Counted from the stretch's first letter, positions 26,023-40,946 are shown. The stretch is 64,000 bases of DNA from Adineta vaga (GCA_021613535.1 CP075496.1:2542001-2606000), one strand, 5' to 3'. The notes: generated from the letters alone by a model not told the origin. Made by a program: numbers and translations.

Positions 26023-28658
26023 ATGACTCATTCGGATACTACCAATGAACCTGATAGAAACATTCATATTGATGAATCTCGTCGTAATCTTCGACTTCAA
26101 TCATTTGTTGATCGTTATGGTATTGAAGAAGAACATTTGACAACATTCGAACGAACAAAACGATACGCACGAAAACAATGTTCTTTATTTACTCTTGAAT
26201 GTTGTACCAATGCATTTTTAAATAAAGTACCACTTATTCGTTGCTTGAAAAATTATAATATTCGAAAGAATCTTTTTGGTGATATCATTGCTGGAATTAC
26301 AGTAGCTATTATGCACATACCACAAGGTAAGACAAACAGTTTGTTTAGGTTATAAATCTTATGTGTTCGAATTGAAGGTATGGCTTATGGTGCACTTACA
26401 ACTTTACCACCTGTTTATGGTAATTGAGTTTTGTTGATATTTAAATTGAGAAATATTATTGTAATTTTCAAAGGATTGTATGTATCATTTTTTCCTGTTA
26501 TTGTTTACATGTTCTTTGGTACATCACCACATTTGTCTCTTGGTAAATCAATAGAATTGAAATATTAGAATCCTTTACTTTTTGTTCTGTTTAGGAACAT
26601 TTGCTGTTGTATCATTGATGACTGCACAGGCTATTGATGGTGTTTCATCACATTTTCCAATGGCAATCAATAATAATCAATCATCTTCGGCTATTTCAAA
26701 TCTAATTGATTCATCTCCTGTTTCCTTGAAACTACAAACAGCAACAACTCTTGCTCTTCTTGTTGGATTTATCCAAGTATGATTACAAAGATTTTCTTTT
26801 CTATCATCTTCTTCTTTTTCTTTCTATTAGTTATTACTATCATTTCTTCGTCTTGGATTTCTAACTGTTTATTTAACAGAACCATTTATTAGCGGATTTA
26901 CTACTGGTGCAGCATTACACGTTTTTACAAGTCAAATTCCATCAGTTTTTGGTTTTCGTTCTCCACGTGGAATACATGGCGCATTTAAATTACCTCGAAT
27001 ATATGTAAGAATAATTCAATCATTGTTTTCAAATATTAATTGGATATCAACAGTCATTGCATTCATCTCAATCATTGCTTTATATATTGCAAAATATTTA
27101 AATGATCGATATAAATCAAAAATTCGTGTTGTTCTTCCTTCAGAATTAGTTCTTGTAGGTTCAATGAAATGTTCATTCATGTTGAAAACATCTCGTTTAG
27201 ATTATTATAGGAACAACTATATCACATTTTCTACAATTTCATTCCAAATATGCTGTATCAGTTGTGGGTCCAATCAAACGCGGTTTACCATCACCTTCAC
27301 TTCCATCCTTTGATTATGCAGATAAATTATTTGTACCGGCTCTGACTATCGCTGCTGTTAGTTTATCAATATCAATATCCATGGCAAAAATGTTAAGTCG
27401 AAAACATACATATAAAGTTAGTTCTAATCAAGTAAGTGTTAATGAATGGGGGTTTTTTTCGAAAGTTTTGATTCGATTTTTCAAATAGGAATTATTAGCT
27501 TATGGAATGGCGAATATAGTTTCATCTTTTTTTCAATGTTATCCAAGTGCAGGTTCACTGAGTCGTTCAGTTGTACAAGAAGGTAGTGGGGGAAAAACTT
27601 TACTCGTTGGTGGATTTTCCTCACTTGTCTTGGGTTGTGTATTGATTGCATTAACTCCTCTATTTCAATCATTACCCATGGCGTGTCTAGCTGCTATTAT
27701 AATCGTTAATTTGAAAGGTTTATTTCTGCAATTAAGAGATTTTCTATTATATTTTCGAATTAGTAAACTCGAATGTGTAAGTTGATTAAACTATGTATAT
27801 ACAATCAAGACATTTGTTATGTGAATATAGATATTATGGACAACGACTTTTCTAACGGTTGCCTTGTTTGATGTTGATATTGGACTTTATGTTGGCTTAT
27901 GTACATCATTCATTATCAATACTGTACGAACTCAGAGGTAAACTACTGAAATTATAACATTTCTCATATTATTTTTCTTTTATTAGACCACGAGTTTTTG
28001 TTCTTGGTCAAGTTGATAATACTGGTATTTATAAGAGTACAACAAATTTTCCTTCAGTATGATTATCATCTACTTCTTTAATTATTCATTGTTATTTCTA
28101 TTTCTATATGTATATAGGTCCAACAATATCCTGGAATAAAAATCCTTCGATTTGATGAATCATTATATGCATGTAATGCACCATTTTTTAAAAGAAAATT
28201 TTACGAATTGATTGGTATTCAAATGATCGAAGAACCAATTGTATCTTGTCGAAAACCAGATACATCCGATATAAAGGATGACATACCGTGTAAATTCGTT
28301 ATTTTAGAATGTTCACCATTTAATTATATTGATACTGTTGGTGCTAAATTACTCATACATGTAAATCGATAAGAAACCTTTCCTTTGGTTTTGTTTTTTA
28401 GTTAATATATATTTTAGATCTTCAATGATTTGAAAAAACGAAATATTAAATTATATCTAACAGATTGTCGATGTAAGTTATTTTTCATAGAATTAATTTT
28501 AAATGTTTTCGTTTCATTCTTCAGATGAAGTTCGTCATACACTCGATGTGATGAAATTTTATGAAAAGACAGAATTACATACCATTTATGTTACAACACA
28601 TGATGCAGTTGTCGCAGCAATTGCAGAATTAAATCATCCTTCAGTTTCACTTAATTAA
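26023..28658 (+). CDS. SLC26/SulP anion transporter (prestin-like) with STAS domain; multi-exon
   Basis: GDIIAGITVAIMHIPQGMAY, GFTTGAA, NQELLAYG, SAGSLSRS, STAS FNYIDTVG, TTHDAV. Confidence 0.93.
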
Positions 28659-29144
28659 TTGTTATATTTGGAAAACTTATATAAGTTTATGTAGATGTTT
28701 AGTTATATTTTTTACTTGTTAATGTAATTTAGTCGGATTGCTTTTATGTAAAAAAACCACATTCATCTTTAGAACAATTATATCATAAAGTACTTCTTTT
28801 TGAATATCTGTATAATTTTTACAAGTGCAGACGATTGGGGCTCCTATTTGAAATATATTTCGAGTAATATTGGAGAAGTTTATTGGTTAATTTGCTTGTA
28901 GAAAGTTCTATTTACTAGATTAATATAATTGAAGGAAATCAATATAAATAATTTTTCTATATTTCTTCTCATAAATACAGAATATATTAGTCCAATAAAC
29001 AAAAGCAAAGGAAAACGAAAAGAATTTCTTATTATACAGACAACAGTAAAAGAAACAATCCCACAGATTTACATTGTTTCCTCAGGAAAAAAAATCAAAA
29101 ATTGCCATTGTATCACTGTTAACTATTTGATAAAATGAATAGTT

Positions 29145-31286
29145 TCAAAGCGCTTGTACACGTGCATAGTACAAATTTGAACTTGTAAGTGAAGCGAGAT
29201 CGGATGAAAGACCTGGTCCATATCTTGTTTGTTGTTGTTGTTGTTGTTGATGATGGTGATGCTGATGACTAAGTTGTTGTCTTGCAATTGGAATTGAATC
29301 AACACTATTTCCAATATAATCATTACTTGTTCGACTAGTCGTTGATGGAATTATAGTACCATTATGATGAATTAATGGTTGTCGAGGTTTCATAGAAGAT
29401 TTTAAAGCATCACTCGAATGTGAATGATGACTATGATGACGACTAGATTTTTGACGACGATGACGGCAACAAAATATGGAAAAAAGGATAAGACCAAGTA
29501 TACAAAGGGGTATGATAATCACATAAAGTAAATGACTATTTAGATTTGCCGATGGTATTGTACCTAGAAAAAAAATAATAGAGTTCATGGTGTTCTCTTT
29601 GCAATCGATGGTTTCTTTTCTTACTTTTTCGATGATCAATAACATTGACAAAAGCTTTCTTATAATTGGTAGTTTTATCATTTTGAATTAAGCAAATATA
29701 TTGTCCAGTTTCTTTCGTAGTGACTTGTGAAAGAATAAGTGGTTTGGAAAGAATATTATTTGAATCTTGTTGTTGTTGTTGAAAATTTTCAATATTTTCA
29801 TATTGTTCAGAACCAAATACAATTGCATCAGGTCGAAAGAATTGTTGAATATTAAGCTTTCTTAACCATTGAATTTTCGTTGTTGGATCAGTTGTTTGAA
29901 CACGACAATTTAATACTACTGTTTGTCCGACATCAACACTCGTATTTTGAGGATCATTACCGATAAATTGTAATTTTTCTATTAAAACGAAAACAAAGAC
30001 AGCTGATAAAAGAAAAATATCGTCTGTAATTTCTTACCTGTAACAACAAGAATATAAGTAGCATTGATAGTACCAAATGAATTGAATAATTCACATGTAT
30101 AATTACCAGTATCTGACTGACGTAGATCTTTAATAATTAATATCTGACTTCTATACAAAATAAACATATGAATTTAATCAAATAGAAATCAATCTGAAAT
30201 AGAATTTACTGTGTAACACCATATTCATCTTCAGATAAGATTTTTCCATTTTTCTTCCAACGTATTTCTGGTAATGGTTTGCCAGATGCTAAACATTTTA
30301 ATTGTACAGTTGTACCTTCTGGTTGAATAACTTTTGTCGGTTCCGAATGACCATCATCATCAGTTCGTGAAATAAATTCTGGTGCTTCTAAAAAATCAAA
30401 TTTTCGATAAAAATTAAATTCATACTAAGACACAATTACCTCCATTTGGTGATTCAATATCCCATTGTATTAGACTTTGTTGATCATGCTCATTTCCATT
30501 ACTTGATACCGTTCCGTTCGCTATTATAAAATAAAATAATATTTTCTTTGTCTAGTTTATCCAAGAGAATACATACATTTAATATTAATACGAAATTGTA
30601 CTTGTACACTTCCAAATCCATTGACAACATTACATTTATATAAACCAGCATCAGTGGATTGTGCTTTGGAAATTTTTAAAAGAAAACGTCTGATAATTAA
30701 ATTTGATGATGACCATATTGGTTCCAGATCTTCATTATTTTTCGACCATTGAATTGATAAATCAGGTGTATTCGTAACTGGACATTGTAATTCAATCGGA
30801 TCATTTTCATCGACATTTAACGTAATAAAATTCGATGCATTTGGAAGAAGTGCTGGTGGACCTATAATGTTTTGTATTTTTCAATTCAATCTCTATCAAT
30901 CAATTCAAATTCATCTGATTGCTCTTTGTCTGACTTATTACGATCCGATTAACATTTCATTTTCATTCATACCTTTTTTTTATTGTAGTACATGTATTTA
31001 CTTTTGTATCTCTGTTCATAATGATAGTTTTAACTCTCAAACGGATAGACAAAGTATATAAGAAAAGTCGTATGTTCAACATATATTTCTCTAACAATGC
31101 TAATTTTGACTGAGCTCTTTGAACTCTTCGGTCAAAATGCATTATCATTGATCTGTACATATTATAAAAAGACAGTCAGCTTACTAACTTAGTAGCAATC
31201 CACTCAATTAGAATTTTTTTTTACATACCACGTGTAACGACATTTTCGAGGAAAGTAAAAAGTAAAAGAAATAGTAATTGATTCAT
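29145..31286 (-). CDS. FGFRL1: FGFR-like 1 / nou-darake-type receptor: signal peptide, 3 Ig domains, TM helix, His/Gln-rich kinase-less tail
   Basis: Signal exon MNQLLFLLLFTFLENVVTRG (ATG 31286) splices in phase to GPPALLP; Ig motifs DAGLYKCNVVNGFGS, DTGNYTCELFNSFG, GQYIC; TM LLYVIIIPLCILGLILFSIFCC; no kinase domain. Confidence 0.75.
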
Positions 31287-34215
31287 TTGTAAATTGAATA
31301 GAATCTAAAATGAAGTAGAAACAATCTATTGAGACATCTAATAACATTAGAATTTTTAAGAATAATAAATACAAGTGTTCAATTAAACAATTAGAATTCT
31401 AATCAGTATTATTGAAAAAAAAAGAAGATAGATAGAGAAAGAAAGAAGAAAACGAATGACCAATACGAATAAAAGTTCATTCAATATACTCGATCATTTT
31501 GGATCGATAACTAAACAATCTATTATCAGTTATCTATCCATGACGAAGACTACGCAATGAATACAAAGATTGTAATCTTCTGTCTGCTCGTAATATCTTC
31601 TTGCCATTCCACACTCATCGAGATAAACTTTCATCGAGTTAGAATAATTTATATCAAATATACTCATTTGAATCTTTCGATCGGTTAACGAATTGAACTC
31701 ATCTTAGGATTTGTTTTTGTGAAGTGTGAAATATCGAATTGAAGTAAGCTCTCAAACATTAAAACAAAGTAATCATGAAATGGACAGCATACGTGTGCAC
31801 AGGCGTGCACTCCCTCGTCAATAGCGTATAACCTTGAATGAATAGGCTCATTCATCATCATCTATTCGTACAATGTTCATGGTTCAACTACATGTGTGCA
31901 TGAGAAAAAAAAGATCAAGAAACAAAAGGGCATCTGTATATATTTGTTTGGATGATGTCTGTCTTCTATTCAGAATCAATGGAGGAAAAAACTTCTGACG
32001 CAATGGTCTATCTCAATTGAATGACAAATAAAAAGATCAAATATAATTCACATACCTAAACATTTCTCACTTATCATATTTTTCAATTTAACAGTTCAAT
32101 ATAAATGTCAATAGGCGATATATTCTTTTTTTTTAGATTGGCTTGTGAAACGTGAGAGAAAGAGAGAAAATAGATATCGATCACATGTGTACGTAAATCA
32201 AAATCATTGATAAGAAGAATATTTATCAGCTCAGCTGTTCAAAACTCATTTCTCATTGGTTTATATGAATGAAAAAAAGCGAAACGATAATAAACTTACT
32301 TTCACATCAACTTCCTATTCTTTTTTTTGTCTGTTATTAAAATAAAATTAAAGAAAAACGAATAGTTTAATAATTGACCGTTTGTGTTCGATCACCTTCA
32401 ATGTGTGAAATTGTCTTTTTCGTTTGTTCAATACACACTTCGTCGTTTTTAAAAATCGACCTAGAATGTGTTGATGATAATGATAATGATCATCATCGTC
32501 ATCGACCAAGTCTATATGAACGTTTAATGATGGAAGAAGAGAAAAAGACGAATAACAAGTGGACGCATATAGTGACGAGAATACATAGCAGCTATCGTTA
32601 GTGAAGAAGAAGAAGAAGAAACAAAGAAAGAAAAGAAAGAGAACGAATATATATATATATATTCAGACATAAATCGAAAGAAAAAGAATTGTACAGCAAC
32701 AGCAACAAATCAATCAGAATAGGAAAAGAGAGAGCAGAGAAAAAGAAAAGTGACAGACGAGTACTAATTTACAGATAGAAAGGATGAGAGATCTGGCTAC
32801 TATCATGGGAAGTGCCTGTCAACTAAGTTGCTTGTATTACTATGCATATAGTTTAACATGTCGGCAATCATCTAATGAATATAATAATGAGATACTCGGA
32901 ATAAAAATGAACGCGTGTTGAAAATGAATTTTTAATTTCATTGTCTTTTCATTCATTGCGCTTCTTTGACTCACGCACATACATACTCGTTGGTTACTTA
33001 TCAGCTTCATCAAACTATCAAAAAGAAAAGGGTGGTCGGCAATTATTGACAACACTCAATGAAGGACAGGAAGCAAAGATTATTTTATTATAATCATCAT
33101 TCATTCATTCATTCATTCATCCAAATTTGAACTACCAATGAATGGAATGAACAGATGCGTGACAAATCAATATCTACCTATGTCTACGTATCAGTGGCTC
33201 GATTAAAACATTTTCATTTAATCAGATTGATAAAGATAAATGAAATTTTTTCTCAAAGGAAAAACTTCAATTTTTAACATATCTATCTGATGTTTTATAA
33301 CATAAGATGAAAAGATATACATTGATATTCAGACATTAGTTTTCTTTTTTATTTTATTTATCTAATGCGTCTTTTTTCTTCTTCTTCTTCTTTAATCATT
33401 ATTGATGATGGTTAATCCTTTCCTACATCACTTTACAACGATGTAAGGAAATCTGACTCGCTTTGATCTGTTCAATCTCATAGTGTGATCCTAATATCTT
33501 GAGTACATATTGATGCAATGTTCTTTAATTTATTTTCTTCAAGTGTTACTGTTGACTATTCATTCTTTTCGAATGTCACAAGAGTAAAGAGAGAGAGAGA
33601 AAGAAAAGTCAAATCAAAATTTATGATTAGTTTTTCGAGTGTTTTTCCATCTATATAAGATGCATTTCAAGCGTATCAAGATATATCAATTGTTAGAAAA
33701 ACAAAAGAGAAAAATATCTTTATGAGAAACATAATCATACATCTTAGTTCAATAAGATAAACAAAGCTACACCCAAATACAAATCAACGGGTGAACAGAT
33801 GAGAGCTAACTCAACAAACAATATATATATATATATATGCATGGAGATCGAGTGATTAAGAAGCATCATGATGGGCGCGTCATTCGATATTTTCTTAAAC
33901 AATATATACTTTGATGGGAATGTAATATTCCATACGGAATAAGAATTCTATTGAACAAAAAAAATGAATGTATATTTTTCTATGAAATACGATCTTGTAT
34001 CAAGTGATTGTAATATATCATGAAAATCAACTGAACATTTTAGCATATTTTTTTTGAAATAGATAAAAGCATCGATATCAGTTATATTGAGAGAATTTAA
34101 TTTTATTGTAAATATAAATTGAGCATTAGAAAAATATATCATTGAAATTCAAATTCATTCTTGTTTCAGTCTTATTGATAAGAAAGAAATCTAAATTGAG
34201 TTCTTCTTTCTTTAT

Positions 34216-37200
34216 TTACCACGCAATTTTTGCAATAAAACTACGTGGAAATTTTCGAATACATAATTTTCTCAATTCATCGATAATTAACCATAACATT
34301 CCAAATCCTAATGTTGGCATAACATATTTAACAGGAACAGGACCTGTACTAAAAACTTGATTAAACCATGCAACTTGCGTAATTAATAATTGAACACCAG
34401 CGGATATAATCATTGCACCAAAAACATACCAATTTTTTCCTTTACCCCAGAATGGATTGTGTTCAAAAATGGATGTATATCGTGTACGTGTTGCAAAATA
34501 ATTAAAAAATTGAAATAAACAAACCGAACAATAATAAACTGATTGAGAAACATATGTCATTGTAATTAATTGATCACTTGTATAAGGAGTTAATGGATCA
34601 ATACCAAATTTTTCATAAGTAAACATAAATGAATAGAATGGTACACCTTGATCAATCCAATAATAACAGAAACAAAAAAAGCCAGTAAAACATTCAAGAT
34701 TACCAACAAACATATACGCATGAAAGAGTAATTTTAAATTTAATAAATGATCTTTTGAACGAATTGATGGCGCTCGGGACATGATATCACGTTCAGGTCG
34801 TTCTGTAACCATGGCAAGTGACATGAATACATCTAGAGAAAGGAGAAAAATCAATTCATGAATAGATAATTGTGAAAAGAAAGAAATATTCAAATCATAC
34901 CATTGACCATACAGAAGATTGTAGCAAGAAAAGCAGATAAAGCTAAAGGCATACCAAACCATAGATTAAAAAACACGGGCCAAATTTGAGACCAAGAACC
35001 TATTAAAATATGAATTGTAAAAGAATATTTTATGAATTAATTTTATCTTACCGCCAGGTAATAAATAAATAGCGACTTTTTTCAAATTATCACTCAATAG
35101 ACGACCTGTTTCAATTGCTTGAATAATGGATGCAAAATTATTATCTAAGAGAACCATATCGCCTGCTTCTTTGGATACTTCTGTACCAGATTGCATTGCA
35201 ACATCGAGATGAGCACATTTTAATGCAGGTGCATCATTTGTACCATCACCTGTTACGGCAACAATTTCAGCACGTCGTTGAAATTCCATTACGATACGTA
35301 ATTTTTGTTCCGGTGATGTTCGTGCAAAGACAAGTTCTTGATGTGATAAAACCCAATCCCACATAAAATCATCCATATAATTAATTTCAGCACCGGCAAC
35401 AACAATTCCATACGGAATATATTCCATTTTTTCTGTTGGTTCAACATCCGTTTCCGGTTCTGCCACTTGATTTTTACATGATGTCCATGCTCGTTTATAC
35501 CATGGTGGTGATCGATATTGAATTTCATTACTTGTTGCTGATGCTCGTCGTATCATATCTTTGGCATTTTTCGAAAGAGAATCAGTTCTTTTTACTACAC
35601 CAGATGTATGCTGTTGAATTAATTTATCATTACGATACAAATTTAATATTGGTTCATCATTAGCATTCTTTTCTAATTTAAATGTATCAACACCATTTAT
35701 GTCGGCAATTTCGGGTGTTAATATATGGACTTGTTTAGCAATTGCTTTGGCTGTTGTAGGATGATCACCAGTAACCATTGCAACACGAATTTGAGCACGA
35801 CGTGCTTTTAAAACAGCATCAGGTACTTCAGGTCGTGGTGGATCAAGTAATGAGAAAAGGCCAACAAAACAATAGTTATCCGATGGAAATCCATTGAGAT
35901 CTTCATCATCACTATGTGATCGTTGTTTATCTTTATAACGTTGAATTAGATCATCATATTGTTGTCGTGTTATTTTTTGTTGACACATAGCAATAACACG
36001 ATTACCATTTTTACCTAATTCTTCTTGTCGACCAAACATAATTTTTTTCATTTCATTATCTAATGCTGTCACTTCATCATTCGTTTTTTTATATGTTGAA
36101 CATCGTTGTATAACAATATCAGGTGCACCTTTCAATGTTAATAGGACTATTCGATTTTTTTCTGGTATTGAAGGATCTGTTGTTTCTAATTGATTTGCTG
36201 AGATCATGAATTTATTTGCTGAATTGAATGGTAAAGCTTTTAATCGTGGATTCACATCTCGTACTTTGTCAATATCGACCATACATCGATCATTACAAAG
36301 ATTATAAAGTGCAGTATCTGCAGCATCACCAACGACACGTAATTCAGATTTCATTTTCGATATATCTTGTCCAATTTGTGCATCTTGAACTAATTGAGTT
36401 TCAGCATTATTACAAAGTACTGCACCAAGTAAAAGATCTCGAAATGCTTCAATTTTCACTTCACTTGCATCGAATGATAATTCTTTTGTTTTATTATTAT
36501 TCAATGTTTCCATTGGTTGCGCTTGATTGATACTACCCGTAGATAATTTACGTACTACTGTAGCTGCATCCATTGAAAGACGACGAACTGTATCAATAGC
36601 ACCAGACGAAAGACGGCGAATTGTTTGAAAAATTGTTTCTTCTTTAGTTGGTTCAGGTTGAGGTAAAGGAACTTTATAAATACCATCTACATCCCATAGA
36701 ATATGTGTAACTGTCATTTTGTTTTGTGTTAATGTGCCCGTTTTATCTGTTGCAATAACCGAAACTGAATTGAAAGTTTCAACAATTTGTAAACTTTTAA
36801 CCAATACACGTTGTCGATACATTTGTTTCGCAACAATTGTTAGAACTAAAAAACAATTTTAATAAATAAGATTATAGATTTAGACTTCAAAGTGTGTATT
36901 TACCAAGAGTAACAGCCGATGGTAAACCTACTGGTAAAAAGCCAACAATCATACCAATTGAATTCACAATATTTGAATTGTATGAAATAAATCCATTATG
37001 ATCACGATTTAACCATGATGCCCATGTTATCCATAAGATAATAATGGCTGTTATTGTCGATAAAACAACGAATAAAACAAAACGATTTACTTCACGATGT
37101 AGACCAGTAACAGCATCACCAGAACTTCCTCGTGTTAATTTTGACATTTTACCTAACACTGTATTATCAGCTGTAGCAATTATAACAGCTTCACCAGTGC

Positions 37201-38016
37201 CTTGTTCAACCATTGATGAATAAAATCCGATATTAGCTGATTCCATAAAAGTTGCACTAGTACAATGATTCGTTGCGGAAACAGGTTTTGATTCACCGGT
37301 CAATTCTGATGTATTTATCTGTTGAGAAAAAAAAAGAAAGAAATTGATATTTCAATTAAATTCGTTTTAGTATTTACTTTAAGACCATCACATGATATGA
37401 AACGACAATCAGCCGGTAATTTATCACCCATTCGAATGAGAACAATATCACCGGGAACGATTTCAGTTGTAAGAATTTGTTGTTCTCGTCCATCACGTCG
37501 TACTGTAGCTAATGTTGGTAATAATTTTGAAAATGCTGCAACAATTTTTATTGATTTCAATTGTTGATAAACATTCAGAATGGAATTGCAGGTAATAACT
37601 AAAATTAGAACAACACCCAAAGCTAAATTGGTGATCGATGGATTTGGTTCACCAAAAGGTTTGTAAGCTAAGAAAGCTAAAATACCAGCAAACCATAGAA
37701 TACAATTGAATCCCATAAATAATTCTTTGAATAGAAGCCAAAGATAGAATGGTTGTTTAGGTGGTGTCAGTTTATTTTCCCCAAATTGTGTACGAACATC
37801 AGGCACGAAATCATCTGATAAACCAGTTCGTGGATCAGTATGAAAACGTTTGAAAACATCTTCCAAGGGAATGATATGAACATCTTGATCAAGACGAGAT
37901 TTGTCCACTGTTGCCCAAAGATCGATCGTTGAATCTTGTCGTGTTGGTGCCTGTCTATCAGGGCCATGAGTTTTACTGTCTATATCTTCATCAAGTTGTA
38001 TACCTTGATTGTCCAT
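34216..38016 (-). CDS. P-type II (Na/K-ATPase-like, fungal/protist-type) cation ATPase; 5 exons
   Basis: TGES, DKTGTLT, KGAPD, DPPR, MVTGDHP, ARTSPEQK, TGDGTNDAPAL, LLDNNFASI, GRLLSDNLKK, YLLPGGSWSQ. Confidence 0.92.
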
Positions 38017-39751
38017 ATTGACGTATTTGGTTTCGAATGAAATGATTCTTACTCTAGTATGGGTATATATATATATGCTCAAAACAAACAACAAAATTCA
38101 AATATGAAATTAATTGAAAAAAAGCAAATAATCGGTGAATGTAAACTTCGAATTTATTTTTAGCCAAGTGCATCGAAAGGTGAAGAAGAATGTTATTTTT
38201 TTATGTAACAACGTTGTCATTCACAGTGGCGAAAGGTACAGAGAGTATTTCATGCATATATGCAAATCTATTTATTTTGTGTTTCGTAAACAAGCACATA
38301 TTTAACTGAAAAGAAATCTTCAAACTGATTTTTCTCTTCCTCCGCATGTATCCAATCATTTTTTCATCGTTTTCATGATGGTGAACTTCGTTTTTGTCGA
38401 TGAATTTTTAGGATACCAGTTTCAACATTTTATTTTACATCGAAAATCTTTTTCGTCATGTTCCTTTATCATTTATCGAAAAATAGTTAATTATTTGATC
38501 ATTCGAAAACTTCTCGTATATTACATTGTAGCACAGTCATTAAGATTACATACGGCAGTTTAAACGAAAGCAAATCTCATGCGATAGCGATGGATGAAAG
38601 AATATAATAAAATTATATTGATTAAAGCTTTAATTGATCAATATTACGATTAAAAATTATTCATTCTATACAATTCCCATGTCGATAAGATACAAAAACA
38701 TATTCATATTCTTTTGATAGTATTAAATAATTGAATACATATTTTCAATCAATTTCAGCTCTATTGAAATACCTACGTCATAGGATTTGCTTTTGTATTG
38801 TATATAATTCACTTATAATTACATTTTCTTTGTCACAGTGAATTTCGTCGATAAGTAGCTGCCAGGCAATATTTATTTATTCGATTATTTATAGAAATTG
38901 CATGCAGAATGAGAAAATGAACTTTGCCGAATTCTTCGGACTGGCTTGAGTACATCGAAAAAAGAACGACAAAAGAATAGCACTGGTTATACTTCACAAT
39001 TATTAACATAATTTCAAGAGAGAGAAACTCTTGATCAATAGTCTTGTTTTTTTCCCGTGTACATAGATGACTTAAATGTGTTTTGTTCTCAATCGTTCGT
39101 GAAACAGCTTATTGGTATATAATGCAAACATACTATATTTTTCTTTGATCAACTTTTGATTTCTTCAAAAAACATATTCAAAGATTTGAATAAATATTAT
39201 TACATCATTAGAATGTTCGTGGTTGTACAAAAAATAGATTCTATATCATCCTTTCAATACTTCAAAAATGCATGCATTGAAAATCTAAAATTGACTATCC
39301 ATAGTACGACTTGTTATAATTGTCCGTTGTTTCAAAATATCTACTTTGAATCAACTGTAGTATTGAGAATAATTGATGAGATAGGGCGAAAAAGTTTTAT
39401 TCAGTAATTACACATACAAATAAATAAAATTCATATATGAAAAGTAATTGATTTGATAAACAGATTCTATAATGATCACATACAGCACATGCACACGCAA
39501 GAAGATAGCAACGAACAAAAACAATGGAAAAGTGATTTACTTCAAACTGGGCGGTAGCAACATATCTGTTGTTGCACTGAATTTGAGCTTACAATAACAA
39601 AACAAAAAGAATAATAAATTAATCAATTTAGAAATGAAAAATTAAAGGAATTTAAAAGAATTAGTTTGAAGAAACGAATAAAATTGAAATCGATAATAAT
39701 TTCAATAGAAAATATAATATAGTTTGTGCAGTTTGATACGAGACAAATTGA

Positions 39752-40914
39752 TCACTTTTTAGCAACACCAAAATATATACCAAGAACTAAAGCAATAATG
39801 GCAATGACTATAACTAATATCAAAATGAGAAGAAATTTCTTTCGTCGAGCTGCCGACTAAAACGAAATAAAATCAAATTTCATTGGATTCTATAATCAAT
39901 AACTCACCTGATAAGTCACAGCTTGTTTTAATTGTCGATTTCCCGTATCTACATGTGTTTCCGTTTCAACAATATTATTTTCAATAACATCTAATAAATT
40001 CATAGTTAGAGACAATATATTTGTTTAAAATAACTTACCAATTATTTCTCCATGTTCATGAACAATTTTTGAAATATCTTTAAATAATTCATTGACTTCG
40101 ACAATATTCGTCTAGAAATTAAAATCGATTATTTTCTTTTGGAAAGTTAAAATTCTTTTACTTCTAATTGACGTAATTGACTATCACGTTCTTGTAAAGC
40201 TTTTAAATCAGTATCTTGATCCATAGATAAAGCAATTTGTGGTCCAGATGGACTATTTGTAAAAGCAACATTGTCTACACCTTGAGAATCGTGCATACTT
40301 TGTCGTTGAAATGAAGCTGATCGTGCACGTTCAAGACCAGCCTTTTCTTTTGAGCACCAAGACGTTGTAATTCTTGAAAACGTGTTATTGATTTCATATA
40401 TTGTTTTGATAATGTTTGAGTTAGTGCTTCTTTTTGTCTCTAGATAGAATTTATTGAATAATAACTCTTATCTATTAATTGTAACTATGTATCTTACTCG
40501 TTCATCATCAGTTTTAATCGAAGCAGTTTGAAGTTGTTCAAGAGTATGATTTGTCTGTTGAATTAATGTTTTGATTTCATTTTGTAAATGAAGACTAGGA
40601 GGTATTAATATAGAAATATTAGGTCTAATTCGAAGTATTATTTAACTTACTAACGATCTCGTAACTGCGGAGAATCTTCTGATGTGTCTAATTTCTTAAC
40701 AAGCGTTTCAAGATCACTTGCTATAAAATAATGAAATCGATGAAGATCAGAAACTAACGATTACTTTCGTATATACTTACTATAATTTGTAATCTTTGAC
40801 AGATTAGTTTTTATGGCATTCTGAATTCTTTGAATATCACTAAAAGTTGACACTAAAACGGAGATGATGAAATAAATAGGAAAATCTTTCTAATTTTGTT
40901 TTACTTTCTAACCA

Positions 40915-40946
<32 letters not shown>

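Noticed and set aside
31557-31688. Short plus-strand ORF with a signal-peptide-like start (MNTKIVIFCLLVISSCHS)
   Set aside because: Only 43 codons, antisense to the FGFRL1 upstream region, with no cleavage motifs or splice support.
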